64,000 nt of DNA. It comes from Cenococcum geophilum. Its lineage: Eukaryota. Position 1 is the first letter of the stretch. Each line of letters begins with the position of its first letter. The notes below the pieces were generated by a model. It was not told the origin of the DNA. It worked only from the letters and a program-made list of their open reading frames with translations, and ran no database searches. Shown piece by piece: positions 63,201-64,000 of this stretch. The position numbers and the translations under genes were made by a program. Where the stretch lies: the NCBI GenBank assembly GCA_050273025.1, contig CP158635.1:33480001-33544000 (forward strand), given 5' to 3'.

Positions 63201-64000
63201 TAAAGGCATCCCTAAAGTATAAAGTTAATTCCTAATAATAGGGCATTTTAGAGGTACCTAAGAGGCACTATATAAAGCTATTTTATAAGAAGGAAAGAGC
63301 TAGGTAATAACTTAAATACTAGCAGTAGTAATAGGAGCCTCCTCTTTTATTTTAACGTTATTATTAATAGTATTATTAGCTCCTCTATCCCTAAAAGCAT
63401 TAGTATTTTTACTAATATTCTTCTTAGAATAATAGGTATTAGAAGGACTAGTATAGGCGGGAGACTAGCAAAAAGAACGTTTATCTTAACGTTTATTACT
63501 ATTCTTAGTATCCCTAGGTTCTAAATTGGCGTCTAAGTAGGGATTAGAGAGATATTAGCTAAAGGAGTTAGTATAGTTTCTAAGTAAGTTACTAGAGGAA
63601 CTTACCTAGCTAAAATAGCCCGCGTAAGAGTATAAATATTATTATTAATAAGGATAAGCTATTTGTATATACGCTCCTAGATACTATATATTTAAGAATA
63701 TTATATCTCTATAGTAGTGGAAACCCTTATAGAATTAAAGAGTCTATAAGTAAGGGAAGATACTTTTTATCCCCGCCTATTACTATTAGGATATTAGTAG
63801 AAATCTTAGATAGCGTATTAGAGCCTATAAGTCTTATATATATAAATAGTAGGGATTTAGTATAATTAGCGAAATCTAGAATAGGATAGAATAGGAAATA
63901 CTAGGACGTAGGTCTTTCTCCTATTATAATAATAGGAGTACTTAGATTTATTTTTACTAGAGTAAGGTATCTTATAAATATAGGAAGGATCCTATATAAG
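57288..64000 (+). mobile_element. Ty3/Gypsy chromovirus family D (5' LTR start approximate; 3' LTR not seen in window)
   Basis: gag knuckle CYNCGKKGHISRFC (58800-58841). Reverted protease CL.D.GA (about 58997), RT VYFDDI (about 60019), RH ETD.SG (about 60482), integrase HDDP..GH.G..C.TCQ (about 61490-61620), chromodomain (about 62580-62700). Confidence 0.9.

Larger units (their letters stand above)
1..64000. other. RIP-mutated AT-rich repeat compartment of a filamentous ascomycete genome
   Basis: Pervasive TA/TAG/TAA/CTA and depletion of CA/TG. Repeat copies differ almost only by C>T/G>A transitions (e.g. LTR ends TGTTA/TATTA, AACA/AATA). Recognisable domains are full of TAA/TAG at Gln/Trp/Arg codons. 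Confidence 0.95.

Overview
Fungal (Pezizomycotina-like) AT-rich repeat region heavily mutated by RIP (C>T/G>A, strong TpA excess, almost no intact ORFs). All protein calls come from my manual translation with RIP-type changes mentally reverted, so they are pseudogenes and the reverted residues are inferences. Most of the window is nested transposons: several Ty3/Gypsy chromovirus copies and solo LTRs, a three-LTR non-autonomous element carrying a WW + zinc-finger ORF, a structurally complete Ngaro-type tyrosine-recombinase retrotransposon, a Tad1-like LINE containing a hAT element, a pogo-like fragment and a Copia fragment. With these removed, a backbone remains that the transposons do not explain. 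It is about 55 kb bracketed by long inverted repeats (2390-2672 / 56881-57256) and punctuated by at least 11 copies of a 24-bp palindrome (reverted TTTCGGCAT-N6-ATGCCGAAA), plus two inverted 59/60-bp arrays of an N7-spacer version. These sites delimit gene modules: a telomere-linked-helicase-type RecQ gene with an N-terminal tyrosine-recombinase-like motif set, a MYND-finger gene, a DUF3723/ParB-like fragment, a large unknown gene and a gene sharing the helicase's C-terminal Cys domain. I propose this as a candidate RIP-inactivated giant, cassette-like mobile element.
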